Shown here piece after piece: positions 28,603 to 38,738 of a stretch of 64,000 nt of DNA; within the stretch, counting starts at the first letter, position 1, and the number at the start of each line of letters is the position of its first letter. The notes under the pieces are model-generated. The model was not told the DNA's origin. It made no database searches and saw nothing but the letters and a program-made list of their open reading frames with translations. The DNA comes from an uncultured Sphingomonadales bacterium (lineage in GTDB: Bacteria > Pseudomonadota > Alphaproteobacteria > Sphingomonadales > Sphingomonadaceae): assembly GCA_903839675.1 (NCBI GenBank), contig CAIMDB010000035.1, forward strand, positions 116,975-180,974. Direction: 5' to 3'. The translations under genes and the position numbers were made by a program.

Positions 28603-29468
28603 GCCGAACCGGCAAGCGCGAAGGCACCCATTAGTCCCGCATCTTCTCCAAAGCCGGGGGCCATGACGATGGCGGACGCTTTCCCGACGAAGTAACCCGC
28701 GCCCAAAATGTCTGCCTCACTTTGGACAAGACCAAGCAAGCCCGGTGTCGCCATCACGCCGCCGCCGAAGATGATGCAGTCTGGCTCTAGGATCGCCTGA
28801 AGGTTGCACACGGCTTGGGCGAGATACCAGGCGATCATCTGCTGTTCGGTGCCACCGGATGTCAGTTCGGAAAGGGATTTGCCCCACCGCGCGAGGATGG
28901 CAGGGCCGCTTGCCAATCCTTCCAAACACGCCCCATGGAACGGGCAGGCGCCCGCAAAGCCCGTATCATCGGGATGGCGTGGGAGGCGCATATGCCCCAT
29001 TTCGGGGTGGCTCAGGCCATGCAGGATGCGACCATCCACCACGGCGCCACCGCCGACGCCCGTGCCGATGGTGAGGTAAACGCACAGGCGCTTGCCTCGC
29101 CCGCCCCCCCAGCGCGCTTCGGCAAGGGCGGCACCGTTGACGTCGGTGTCAATTGCGACGGGGCAACCAAAGGCGTCCGCAAAGGGCTGCACAAGATTGG
29201 CACCGCTCCAGCCCGGTTTAGGGGTGCGCGTGATGCTGCCCCAATTGGGCGAGGCCTTATCAAGATCAAGCGGGCCAAAGGCGGCGATGCCGAAGCCCGC
29301 AAAGGGAAGATCATGACTGCGGAACCAGTCACAGGCCGCAGACATCGTCTCGTGCGCGTCCAATGTCGGGATACGGTGGCGCTGGAGGATCGCGCCGTCA
29401 GCGTCGGCGATGCCAAGCACAAACTTGGTGCCGCCCGCCTCAATCAACCCGAAATGCGTTCCGCTCAT
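28599..29468 (-). CDS. ROK-family sugar kinase, probable fructokinase
   Basis: IEAGGTKFV, DTDVNGAALAE, YLTIGTGVGGG, HPEMGH, CPFHGACLEGLASG (fructokinase-type signature). Confidence 0.88.
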   Translation of the reverse strand: MSGTHFGLIEAGGTKFVLGIADADGAILQRHRIPTLDAHETMSAACDWFRSHDLPFAGFGIAAFGPLDLDKASPNWGSITRTPKPGWSGANLVQPFADAFGCPVAIDTDVNGAALAEARWGGGRGKRLCVYLTIGTGVGGGAVVDGRILHGLSHPEMGHMRLPRHPDDTGFAGACPFHGACLEGLASGPAILARWGKSLSELTSGGTEQQMIAWYLAQAVCNLQAILEPDCIIFGGGVMATPGLLGLVQSEADILGAGYFVGKASAIVMAPGFGEDAGLMGAFALAGSA

Positions 29469-30628
29469 TCCGCCTCCGCGCGGACGCTAGCATGATCACC
29501 ATCCAGATGAAGCCGGAATATAGGCGCAGGTCCGCCTGCGAAATGGCGGCGGCGCCAGTCGGGATCATCAACCACGTCATCGGCATCGGACACGCCGATG
29601 AGATCCGCAAAGCCATGAACCGTTAGATCAGACGTCACCCACCAGCTATAGCTTTGGAACGGCGCATCGGCGGGATTGGCGGCGACAAGGCCAGTGCCGT
29701 TCAAGGGACTGAACCGGCCAAGCGGGCTTTTGCCAACAGCACCGTATAAGCCATTGGGGCCAGAAGGGCCGGGCGCAAAGACCTTCCGTTGCGTTGACCA
29801 GAACAGATAGTAACGCCCATCCCGCGCTACCATCACGGGCCGTTCCAGCTCGTTGTTCAGGCCATCGGCAGACAAGACAGGCGGTAAAAGGTCCCAGCTG
29901 TCCTGATAGGCTGAGGCTGCCCGTGCAACGCCAATCACGCCGTTCCAGTCGCTGGTCGAGGATTGAAGCGAGCCGGTGAAAAACAGATAGTCCGCGCCCG
30001 TCGCCGGGTCCCGGAAGTGTGCCGGATCACGAAAGCCTTTGATCGCGCCGGGTAGGCCTTCAATTGCCCCCACGATGACATAGTGATGCCCATCGCTCCG
30101 AACCGACTCCATCGGCTCCGTCCAGCCGACGGTCGAAGCCGTTCCGTCTGTGACCGTCAGTTGCGCGGACAGTTGGAACAGCCGCTGCGCCACCGTCGGC
30201 TTCGGCTCCCCCCGCATTCCGGCTGCCGTGTAAAACAGCGTCAGTCGCCCGCTGGCAGGATCAAACAGAGCCGAGCCCGCCCATTCGCGGCTGCCGGGGT
30301 TGGCGATGTCGGGAAGGAGATTGCCGCAGTCTTTCCAAACGCCATCCTTCTCCGTCACCAAACGGATGCGCGCGCGGTGGTGGCGGGATTCCGGGTCTGG
30401 CTGAAGCGGCGCGGACAGCATGAGCCAAAGTGACCAGCCTTCAAAGCGCGCGGTTGTGCCGTCAACATTCTGGACGGGCCACATGTCCCAAAGATCAAAG
30501 CCGGGAAGGATGTCGACCACATCGGAGCGACGAATATGGGGGATGACGTGCGGCTGCCCTTCTACGATGCGCGCAACGCTATCGGGGAGCCAGACAGATG
30601 TCGGCAAAGTGCCCTGCGCTTCATCCAC
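29465..30628 (-). CDS. Glycoside hydrolase family 68 (levansucrase/invertase-like) without signal peptide
   Basis: Catalytic motifs LWDMWP (nucleophile), EWAGSA, FRDP (stabiliser), ELERP (acid/base). Confidence 0.88.
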   Translation of the reverse strand: MDEAQGTLPTSVWLPDSVARIVEGQPHVIPHIRRSDVVDILPGFDLWDMWPVQNVDGTTARFEGWSLWLMLSAPLQPDPESRHHRARIRLVTEKDGVWKDCGNLLPDIANPGSREWAGSALFDPASGRLTLFYTAAGMRGEPKPTVAQRLFQLSAQLTVTDGTASTVGWTEPMESVRSDGHHYVIVGAIEGLPGAIKGFRDPAHFRDPATGADYLFFTGSLQSSTSDWNGVIGVARAASAYQDSWDLLPPVLSADGLNNELERPVMVARDGRYYLFWSTQRKVFAPGPSGPNGLYGAVGKSPLGRFSPLNGTGLVAANPADAPFQSYSWWVTSDLTVHGFADLIGVSDADDVVDDPDWRRRHFAGGPAPIFRLHLDGDHASVRAEAE

Positions 30629-30688
30629 CTGTTTTGCCCCTCCATCCCCAACTCATCCGCCGCCCATATCACGCAAAGCGAAGATTTC

Positions 30689-30702
30689 AACAATCGATTG
30701 CA
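30689..30702. promoter_or_regulatory. Third copy of LacI-type operator AACAATCGATTGCA
   Basis: Identical 14-mer to 27391-27404, about 60 nt upstream of the GH68 start, in the galK-GH68 spacer. Confidence 0.8.
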
Positions 30703-30735
30703 TGACATCATGCGCGGTCGCACTTTTAGGATGGA

Positions 30736-31890
30736 TCATGCGAGCAGAGAGGCACCGTCCGATGCGGTTTCGACAAGCATCAGCGGCAGCCCGCCGTCCG
30801 GCGTGCGATAAACGGCAAGAACCGCGGCTTGCGCTGCCTCCAACCGCCGCTTGGAGAGCACAGCGACGACGGCACCCCCAAAGCCCCCGCCGGTCATGCG
30901 CGCGCCGCCATCCTCCGCAATGGCATCCTGCAACAGCGCAACCAGTTGATCGATGGGTGGAAGCGTGATCTCAAAATCATCGCGCATCGATGCGTGCGAT
31001 GCAGCCATTAACTGGCCCAATGTTTGAAGGTCGCCGCGCGAAAGGGCGTCGGCGGCAGACAATGTCCGGGCATTTTCGGTGATGACATGTCGCGCCCGGC
31101 GGAAGGTGATGTCGTCCATCAGGGCACGCGCGGCCTCCAGCATCTTCATGTCCGCATCGCGCAGCGCCGGGACGCCCAGCGCGCGCGACGCGGCCTCACA
31201 TTGCGTGCGCCGCGCATTATAGGCACCGTCCACCAGCCCGCGCTCAATGCCCGAATGCACAATCAGGATCGCAGCGTCAGGCGGGATGGGCACAGGTGTG
31301 CAGGCCAGCGACCGGCAATCAATGAGCAAGGCATGCCCCGCGAGGCCGCGTGCCGAAACCAACTGGTCCATGATCCCGATACGCGTCCCGACAAAATCCG
31401 TCTCAGCTGCCTGCCCCATGCGGGCCAAGGCGGTCGGGTCGATGGACAGCTTTGACAGCCGCCCCAACGCCAGGCCAATCGCCACGGTGAGGGACGCAGA
31501 GGAAGACAGGCCCGCACCCCGCGGCACATCCCCCGCCACCGCGAGCTGCGCTCCCGAGATGCGCAGGCCGGTGCGCTCCATGGCAATCACCATGCCACGC
31601 ACATAGTCCGCCCAATGCGGGTCCGGGCTATGTGCCATCTCCTTGTCGAGCAGAAAGCTGTCCCGCTCCCCCTGAAAATCGGTCGCCACCACCTCGATCC
31701 GGCGGCCCGCAATGCGCCTGGCGGCAACGAGTGTCTGGCCACTGATGGCCGCAGGAAGGACGAAGCCGTCATTATAATCGGTATGCTCGCCAATCAGGTT
31801 CACCCGACCCGGCGCGCGCGCAATCAGGTCCGGCACTCCACCATAGGCGTCCGCAAATCCCCGGCGGACGCGGTCGACAAGGTCAGTCAT
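30736..31890 (-). CDS. galK: Galactokinase
   Basis: [45 protein letters not shown]. Confidence 0.95.
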   Translation of the reverse strand: MTDLVDRVRRGFADAYGGVPDLIARAPGRVNLIGEHTDYNDGFVLPAAISGQTLVAARRIAGRRIEVVATDFQGERDSFLLDKEMAHSPDPHWADYVRGMVIAMERTGLRISGAQLAVAGDVPRGAGLSSSASLTVAIGLALGRLSKLSIDPTALARMGQAAETDFVGTRIGIMDQLVSARGLAGHALLIDCRSLACTPVPIPPDAAILIVHSGIERGLVDGAYNARRTQCEAASRALGVPALRDADMKMLEAARALMDDITFRRARHVITENARTLSAADALSRGDLQTLGQLMAASHASMRDDFEITLPPIDQLVALLQDAIAEDGGARMTGGGFGGAVVAVLSKRRLEAAQAAVLAVYRTPDGGLPLMLVETASDGASLLA

Positions 31891-32921
31891 CGGGCATCCC
31901 GATAATGTACCGTCGATTGGGCCCGCAGCCGCTCCGCCGCCTGTTCCGCCGTCAGGTCCCGCTGCGGCTCAGCGAGCAATTCATAGCCCACCATGAATTT
32001 CCGGACCGAGGCGGACCGCAGCAGGGGCGGATAGAAGTGCGCGTGCAACTGCCAATGGTCGATCCGGGCAGGCCCGAAGGGCGCGCCGTGCCAGCCCATC
32101 GAATAGGGAAAGGCCGTGGCGAACAGATTGTCATAGCGGGTCGTCAATTCCTTCAGAACCGGCGCAAGGCTCCGGCGGCGCGGCGCTTCAAGGTCCGTCA
32201 TTCGCGCGATGCGAAAGCGCGGCAACAGCAACGTCTCAAACGGCCAAGCGGCCCAATAAGGAACGATCACGAGCCAATCGTCGGTTTCCACCACCACGCG
32301 CGGCCCACCCGCTTCCCGTTCGGCAAGTTCCAACAACATGGGTTGGCCATTCACGGCCAGCCAGTCGGCCTGTGTCCGGTCTTCGGTCGCTGGCTCATCC
32401 GGCAAATAGCTTGTGGCCCAGACCTGCCCGTGCGGGTGCGGATTTGAAGCGCCCATCATTGCACCACGGTTTTCAAACAGCTGGACATGGGCAAAGCGCT
32501 TCCCCAAATCCACCGTTTGTTCGATCCAAGCGTCAATCACACCTTCGATAGCTGGCAGGTCGAGCTCTGGCAGCGACTTGGAATGGTCGGGCGAAAAGCA
32601 GATGACCCGGCTCGTCCCTTGGGCACCCGCTGCATGGAACAAAGGGTCTAACGTCTGCGGCGCGGGCGCGTCGGGCAACAGCGCTGCAAAGTCATTCTCG
32701 AAAACATAGGTGCCCGCATAGTCTGGGTTCACCTCCCCCGTGACACGGGGGTTGCGGGGGCAAAGATAGCAGGCGGGATCATGCACCGGCCGGTCGGACA
32801 CATCAGGCGGGTCCTGTTGCCCCAGCCAAGGGCGCCGGGCGCGGTGCGGCGAGACCAGCAGCCATTCATCGCGCAGCGGGTTGTACCGCCTGTGCGGGTG
32901 TTCTGTAGGGTCAAACTCCAT
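31887..32921 (-). CDS. galT: UDP-glucose:hexose-1-phosphate uridylyltransferase
   Basis: [29 protein letters not shown] (HPH nucleophile), [12 protein letters not shown]. Confidence 0.96.
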   Translation of the reverse strand: MEFDPTEHPHRRYNPLRDEWLLVSPHRARRPWLGQQDPPDVSDRPVHDPACYLCPRNPRVTGEVNPDYAGTYVFENDFAALLPDAPAPQTLDPLFHAAGAQGTSRVICFSPDHSKSLPELDLPAIEGVIDAWIEQTVDLGKRFAHVQLFENRGAMMGASNPHPHGQVWATSYLPDEPATEDRTQADWLAVNGQPMLLELAEREAGGPRVVVETDDWLVIVPYWAAWPFETLLLPRFRIARMTDLEAPRRRSLAPVLKELTTRYDNLFATAFPYSMGWHGAPFGPARIDHWQLHAHFYPPLLRSASVRKFMVGYELLAEPQRDLTAEQAAERLRAQSTVHYRDAR

Positions 32922-32979
32922 CGCCAAGGGATAATCGCGTGGGAGGCACGCGGTTCCCTTGCGCGATGGAGGTTAGGGA

Positions 32980-33630
32980 TCAGGCGATATAGTGCGCCGT
33001 CGTTTTGGCCTTGATCTCATCCGCCGTCACGCCGGGTGCCGTTTCGACCAACCGGAACGGCGACGCATGATCCGGCCGCTGGAACACGGCGAGGTCGGTC
33101 ACGATCATGTCGACCACATTCTTGCCCGTCAGCGGCAAGGTGCACGCAGGAATGAACTTGGGGCTACCGTCCTTGGCATTATGCTCCATGACGACGATGA
33201 TCTTCTTGACGCCCGCGACAAGGTCCATCGCGCCGCCCATGCCCTTGATCATCTTGCCGGGGATCATCCAGTTGGCGATGTCGCCATTCTCGGCGACTTC
33301 CATTGCGCCGAGCACGGTCAGGTCGATATGCCCGCCGCGGATCATCGCGAACGACGCCGCGCTGTCGAAATAGGCCGTCTGCGGAAGTTCCGAAATGGTC
33401 TGCTTGCCCGCATTGATCAGGTCGGCATCTTCCTCCCCCTCAAACGGAAACGGCCCGATGCCGAGCATCCCGTTTTCGGACTGGAGCGTGACCGTGATGC
33501 CCGTCGGCACATGGTTCGCAACCAGCGTCGGAATACCGATGCCGAGATTGACGTAATATCCGTCCTGAAGCTCGCTCGCCGCGCGCGCGGCCATCTCGTC
33601 TCGTGTCCACCCTTTAGCTTCTTGGGCCAT
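32980..33630 (-). CDS. scoB: 3-oxoacid CoA-transferase subunit B
   Basis: [25 protein letters not shown]. Confidence 0.9.
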   Translation of the reverse strand: MAQEAKGWTRDEMAARAASELQDGYYVNLGIGIPTLVANHVPTGITVTLQSENGMLGIGPFPFEGEEDADLINAGKQTISELPQTAYFDSAASFAMIRGGHIDLTVLGAMEVAENGDIANWMIPGKMIKGMGGAMDLVAGVKKIIVVMEHNAKDGSPKFIPACTLPLTGKNVVDMIVTDLAVFQRPDHASPFRLVETAPGVTADEIKAKTTAHYIA

Positions 33631-34337
33631 TATGCGGCCTCCTTCTGACGCACAGTGCGAAACTCGATCTTCTTGTCATAAGGCGCGCCGACAATCATGC
33701 GCTGCACGTAGACACCGGGCAGATGGATGCTGTCCGGATCAAGGCTGCCGACGGGGACGATCTCTTCCACCTCGACCACGCAGACCTTGCCGCAGGTCGC
33801 GGCGGGCAGGTTGAAGTTGCGGGCCGTCTTGCGGAAAACGAGGTTGCCGCTTTCATCGGCCTTCCATGCCTTCACAATGGCGAGGTCCGCAAAGATGCCG
33901 CGTTCAAGGATATAGTCCTGACCGTCAAAGCTCTTCACTTCTTTGCCGTCCGCCACTTGGGTGCCGACGCCGGTCTTGGTGTAGAATCCGGGGATGCCAG
34001 CGCCACCAGCGCGCATCCGTTCGGCCAGCGTCCCTTGCGGGCAAAACTCGACCTCCAGCTCGCCTGCCAGATACTGGCGCTCGAACTCCTTGTTCTCCCC
34101 GACATAGGAAGAGATCATTTTCTTGATCTGGCGCGTGCGCAGCAGCTTGCCGAGCCCTTCGCCGTCAATGCCGGCATTGTTCGACGCGACCGTAAGGCCT
34201 TTGATGCCCGACGCTACCATCGCATCAATCAGTCGTTCAGGGATGCCGCACAAGCCAAAGCCGCCTGCTGCAACGAGCATGTCATCGCGCAACAGCCCGT
34301 CCAGCGCGGACGCAGCATCAGGATAGAGCTTTTTCAT
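33630..34337 (-). CDS. scoA: 3-oxoacid CoA-transferase subunit A
   Basis: [35 protein letters not shown]. Confidence 0.9.
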   Translation of the reverse strand: MKKLYPDAASALDGLLRDDMLVAAGGFGLCGIPERLIDAMVASGIKGLTVASNNAGIDGEGLGKLLRTRQIKKMISSYVGENKEFERQYLAGELEVEFCPQGTLAERMRAGGAGIPGFYTKTGVGTQVADGKEVKSFDGQDYILERGIFADLAIVKAWKADESGNLVFRKTARNFNLPAATCGKVCVVEVEEIVPVGSLDPDSIHLPGVYVQRMIVGAPYDKKIEFRTVRQKEAA

Positions 34338-34397
34338 GGAATCAGTCTCCGGAGTTCGCCCCCGCGCCTAGCGGACACTGTGCGCAATTGCACCCGT

Positions 34398-35096
34398 TTA
34401 GGCGACATTTGCTCCAAAAAGAGATCCAATTCCGGCTGTCGCCGCCATCGCAAAGGCGCCCCAGAAGGTGACACGCAACACAGCCTTACCCACTGGAGCA
34501 CCGCCCATCTTCGCGCCGACTCCGCCCAGCAGAGCCAAGAACAGGAGCGATCCCCCGGCAATCCAATAATCCACCGAAGCGCGCGGGGCGAGATAGGCCG
34601 CGACCAAAGGGAGGGCTGCACCGATGGAGAAGGCGAGCGCCGACGCCCATGCCGCCTGAATGGGGCGCGCCGCCATTTCGTCTGTGAGGCCAAGCTCATC
34701 GCGCAAATGCGCCTTGAGCGCATCCTTAGCCATCAACTGGTCGGTGACCTGTTCGGCAAGCGCGCGGTCCAACCCGCGTTTGTGATATATGGCAATCAGT
34801 TCCGCACGTTCAGCCGCAGGACTGTCCGCAAGCTCTGCCTTTTCCTTGGCGATGTCGGCTGCCTCGGCATCGGCCTGAGAGCTGACCGAGACATATTCCC
34901 CCGCCGCCATCGACATCGCGCCTGCGACAAGTCCGGCCGTTCCGGTCAACAACATGGTCGCGCTGTCGGCTCCAGCTGCCGCCACACCCAGCACGAGGCT
35001 GGATGTAGAAACAATACCATCATTGGCGCCAAGGACGGACGCCCGCAGCCAACCGATCCGTTCCAGAAGGTGCGTCTCGGTGTGGCGGCGGGCCAT
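34398..35096 (-). CDS. VIT1/CCC1 family iron/manganese transporter
   Basis: WLRASVLGANDGIVS, GAMSMAAGEYVSV. Confidence 0.92.
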   Translation of the reverse strand: MARRHTETHLLERIGWLRASVLGANDGIVSTSSLVLGVAAAGADSATMLLTGTAGLVAGAMSMAAGEYVSVSSQADAEAADIAKEKAELADSPAAERAELIAIYHKRGLDRALAEQVTDQLMAKDALKAHLRDELGLTDEMAARPIQAAWASALAFSIGAALPLVAAYLAPRASVDYWIAGGSLLFLALLGGVGAKMGGAPVGKAVLRVTFWGAFAMAATAGIGSLFGANVA

Positions 35097-35100
35097 GGGA

Positions 35101-36015
35101 TCAATACTCCAGTTTGAGGCCGGGACGGTTCCAGCGCACTTTGGCCAGTTTGCCGGTGCCAGATAGGCATAACCAGGCATCCATCATATCGTCCCCGCCA
35201 AAGCAGATATTGGTGGTGAAAACATCGGGCGTGGCCACGAATTCGACCAATTCGCCTTCTGGCGAGATGACCGAGATGCCGCACTCGCCGATGGTTGCGA
35301 CGCAGATATTGCCATTGGCTTCCATCGCAAGGCTATCAAAGAACTTGTAGCCCGCGGGACGATAGATCGGGATGCCCGGACCGCCGGGTCCCGCCGCATC
35401 ATCGACCTTGCCGGGTGCGATGACGTTGAACGCCATCAGGCGGCAGGTATAGGTTTCTGCTGCATAGAGCCGCTTGCCATCAGGCGAGAGGCCAATGCCA
35501 TTCGGGTTGTTGGATGGGAAGATAACTTCTTCCAGAAAGCTGCCATCGGTCTTCCCATAGAAGATGCCGACAATGTCGTGGCAGCGCTTGGCATAATCGA
35601 CCTTGCCGTGGTCGGTAAACCAGAAGCCGCCATGGCTGTCGAACACTATGTCGTTCGGCCCGCGCAGCACGCAGCCAAAATCGCCGGACTTGTAGAGGAC
35701 TTCGACAGCGCCGGTTTCGATATCGATCCGCTCGATCCGGCCGCCGGAATAGTCGTCGGCGATGCCGTGCGGCGCATATTCACCTTGCGGGCCGCGGGCC
35801 CAGTTGAAGCCGCCATTATTGGTGCAATAGAGTTTGCCATCGGGCCCAAGCGCAAGGCCGTTGGGACCGCCGCCTGGTTTTGCCACCACGTCCTTGCGAC
35901 CATCGGGCCACACCCGTGTAATCTGCCCCAGCGCAATCTCGGTCAGAATGACGCTGCCATCCGGCATCGTGACGGGACCTTCAGGGAAGGCAAGGCCGTC
36001 TGTAACAATCTCCAT
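35101..36015 (-). CDS. SMP-30/gluconolactonase/LRE family protein
   Basis: FPEGPV, GGPNGLA, PNDIVFD, PNGIGLSPDG, FDSLAMEANGNICVA. Confidence 0.88.
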   Translation of the reverse strand: MEIVTDGLAFPEGPVTMPDGSVILTEIALGQITRVWPDGRKDVVAKPGGGPNGLALGPDGKLYCTNNGGFNWARGPQGEYAPHGIADDYSGGRIERIDIETGAVEVLYKSGDFGCVLRGPNDIVFDSHGGFWFTDHGKVDYAKRCHDIVGIFYGKTDGSFLEEVIFPSNNPNGIGLSPDGKRLYAAETYTCRLMAFNVIAPGKVDDAAGPGGPGIPIYRPAGYKFFDSLAMEANGNICVATIGECGISVISPEGELVEFVATPDVFTTNICFGGDDMMDAWLCLSGTGKLAKVRWNRPGLKLEY

Positions 36016-36118
36016 CGATTTCTCTCCTGCTTGTTCTTGTTTCGAAACGAAACTTGGCAGGCAGATCGATGGAAGGAAAGACCCAAAGCAGATCAGACGT
36101 CATGCTTTGGCGACGGCG

Positions 36119-37969
36119 CTATCTGATCCTTGTCTGAAACGACACGACAAAGCTTGGCTGCCCAGCCGCTGTCGCCCCGGCCATGGTGCCGGTTGGGCGG
36201 ATGCACACATATCGGATCGTCGGGTCAAAGCCTGCGGTGGGCACATCGGTGCAGCCTGCAAAGTTCGCAGGGGCTGTTGCTGACCTGGACCAGCGTACGT
36301 CGGTAGCCGCATTGAATGTCAGCCCACTCACAGGTGTGCCGTTGGCGAATGTCACGGTGCTGGCGCCATTATACTCCAGTGTCGTCGGCAACGGATCGAG
36401 GATGAACACCGTGCTGCTGTCGACGCCCAGCGTGCCGGAGTTTGATATGTTGATCGAATAGCGCAGCACGGCGCCTGGGATCAGCTTGGGGTTGGTCGTG
36501 CCGTTGATGGGATCAGAGAGGACAGTTGAGGATTTGACCGTTGTCAGCGAGGCATTGGCCCCCCGTGGAGTGTTAGTCACGGTGCAGGTGATCAGATCTC
36601 CAAGGATTGGCGTGATGGTCGCTGGAACGGCAAAGGCCGTCGTCGCGCCAGTCCGCGCGTTGGTGCACGACATGGTGGCGGTATACTGGGACAGCACCGT
36701 GGAGCCCGAGGCGGCTTCCGCAAATGTATAGGGTTGCCCGGCCGTTACCTGAAGAAGGGCTGTGGCACCTGTGGTAACGGTTGTGCCCGTACCAGTCGTC
36801 GTCGTCGAGGCAACGGACGTCGCACCTTGGGCAATACTCATCGTAAATTGGTCGCTGGCAAAGCGCCGCCCCGTGCCGCCAAGCGCCTTTTGGATGCGAA
36901 GGTGCGGAAAGGCTGTGTTTGTAAAGGTGCAGGCGATGGCATCGCCAAATTGCAAGGCGCCAAAGTTAAAACTCGAGGTCGCGACATTGGTTGGCAACGG
37001 CGTGGTCGATCCAGCGGTCCCGTTGGTGCAGGTGAGGCTGGGGCTGTAACTGGTGAGCGGGCTGACGCTGCCGCCAGCCATCGACTCAGACAGCGTGAGC
37101 GGAACGCCGGAGGCCAGCGAGACCGCCGCTGCCGTAAACGGCCCCGTTCCTGTGCCCGTCGTTAGGCCTGTCGCAAGCGTCGTTCCCGTGGACGTCGCGG
37201 TCACGTCGAATCTGAATTGATCAGCCGCGTTAACGCGCGCGCCGCTGATCACCTTTGTCAGTCGCATCGAGGCAAAGCGGACGGCAAACATCGCGCCTTG
37301 AAGGCCACCGCCAACTAAGGTTGTGCGCACCGTTGTCGGGCTGGTGGATCCGACAATATAGCCGCCGACCGTCCCCGGCACACCGGTTTCTGTAAACGTC
37401 TGCGTGCCGATGCCGGTTGTGGTGGGATAGGTCGTCCCCGTGATTGGATCCACCTGATCAAGCAGTGTCCAATTGCCGCCGTTCGTGTTGAACGACAGGG
37501 ATTCACCATCGTTGGTCGATTCCGCATCGGCGCCCACAAACATGTAAGCAGTCACTGCAGGAGCTCCCGGAGGGGGCGTAATGAGAATATTTGAAATAGT
37601 GACCTGCGTCGTTCCAGCCGCCGATTGATAAAGGATCGGTCGGTTAGGGATGCCTAAAAAGGCGGTATTCCCGACGGCAGCTCCGCCCCAGGATGGCGCC
37701 GCAATAGACGTAATCGCGGCACCGGTTGTTCTGACTGTAAAGGTCAGAACGGCACCGTCGGACAGGGTGTAACTGAAATTCTGGCCGGCGCCGGTCCGCG
37801 CGGTTGCATCGTTGTACGTCGTGAAGTCCAGCCAGCAATAGGTCTGCCAGCTTGCAGGCGCGGTCCCTTGCGACGTCGCAGGCGCACAAACAGCGGCGAG
37901 CGCGGACCCAGACCAGGTCATGACGAAAACAGCAAACAACCGCGCGATCAGGCGCGCAATTGCCAGCAT
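36119..37969 (-). CDS. Secreted CshA/CshB-type adhesin-related protein with two Ig/prealbumin-like repeats and a C-terminal DUF11-like domain
   Basis: Signal peptide (ALA-AV), QTYCWLDF N-terminal domain, two repeats each ending L/MxCTN, tail KSSTVLSDPINGTTNPKLIPGA...Y; Thr/Gly/Ala rich. Confidence 0.7.
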   Translation of the reverse strand: MLAIARLIARLFAVFVMTWSGSALAAVCAPATSQGTAPASWQTYCWLDFTTYNDATARTGAGQNFSYTLSDGAVLTFTVRTTGAAITSIAAPSWGGAAVGNTAFLGIPNRPILYQSAAGTTQVTISNILITPPPGAPAVTAYMFVGADAESTNDGESLSFNTNGGNWTLLDQVDPITGTTYPTTTGIGTQTFTETGVPGTVGGYIVGSTSPTTVRTTLVGGGLQGAMFAVRFASMRLTKVISGARVNAADQFRFDVTATSTGTTLATGLTTGTGTGPFTAAAVSLASGVPLTLSESMAGGSVSPLTSYSPSLTCTNGTAGSTTPLPTNVATSSFNFGALQFGDAIACTFTNTAFPHLRIQKALGGTGRRFASDQFTMSIAQGATSVASTTTTGTGTTVTTGATALLQVTAGQPYTFAEAASGSTVLSQYTATMSCTNARTGATTAFAVPATITPILGDLITCTVTNTPRGANASLTTVKSSTVLSDPINGTTNPKLIPGAVLRYSINISNSGTLGVDSSTVFILDPLPTTLEYNGASTVTFANGTPVSGLTFNAATDVRWSRSATAPANFAGCTDVPTAGFDPTIRYVCIRPTGTMAGATAAGQPSFVVSFQTRIR

Positions 37970-38119
37970 CTTGTCGTTCCCCAACGCAGTCCCCCGGCTA
38001 CTGGAGCCCCAAACTCGGGCCCGCACTCTGCGGCTTTGCTAAATGAAAACGGTGAATATATCCATAATGGACAGATTATGGCTGTTGCGTGGATGCCCTG
38101 TGAACCGCATGAGAGGCGC

Positions 38120-38719
38120 ATGACCATCCGCTCTCTCTTTGCGACGCCCTTTTATGAAGGCGCACTCGATAACACCGACCTGCTTGAAGAGCTTGAAGGC
38201 TCTTGCCGCGCGCTAGAGGAGGACGATGTTGCCGGGCGTAACTGGTCCAAAGAGCATGGCTATAAGGGCTACACCTCCTACGCCTCGCTCAACGATCTCA
38301 CGATACGCGATCCCGCTTTCGAAGATCTGAAGCGCAGTCTCGATAAGCATGTCCGTGCCTTTGCAGAGGCATGCCATTTTGACCTTGGCCGAAAGCCAAA
38401 GCTCGATAGCCTATGGGTCAATGTCCTGAAGCCGGGCGGCACGCATAGCGGGCATATCCACCCGCACAGCATCATATCGGGCACAGTCTATGTGTGTGTT
38501 CCCAAAGGGTCAGGCGCGCTTAAGCTGGAAGACCCGCGCCTGTCGCGGATGATGGCCGCCCCTTCCCGCCTGCCGGATGCACCGCCAGAATTCCAGCCCT
38601 TCGTCTACGCCGAACCGAAAGCCGGAACGATCTTCCTTTGGGAGAGCTGGCTGACGCATGAGGTCGTCCCCAGCAAAGCCAAGACAGACCGCATCTCGAT
38701 CAGCTTCAATTACCGGTAA
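38120..38719 (+). CDS. TIGR02466-family putative 2OG-Fe(II) oxygenase
   Basis: LWVNVL...HSGHIHPHS..SGTVY, WESWLTHEV, RISISFNY. Confidence 0.82.
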   Translation: MTIRSLFATPFYEGALDNTDLLEELEGSCRALEEDDVAGRNWSKEHGYKGYTSYASLNDLTIRDPAFEDLKRSLDKHVRAFAEACHFDLGRKPKLDSLWVNVLKPGGTHSGHIHPHSIISGTVYVCVPKGSGALKLEDPRLSRMMAAPSRLPDAPPEFQPFVYAEPKAGTIFLWESWLTHEVVPSKAKTDRISISFNYR

Positions 38720-38738
38720 ATTGGCGCTAACAAGGCGC

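Noticed and set aside
33723-35117. 464-aa plus-strand ORF spanning scoA and the VIT1 gene
   Set aside because: Antisense to two well-supported genes; no motif support.
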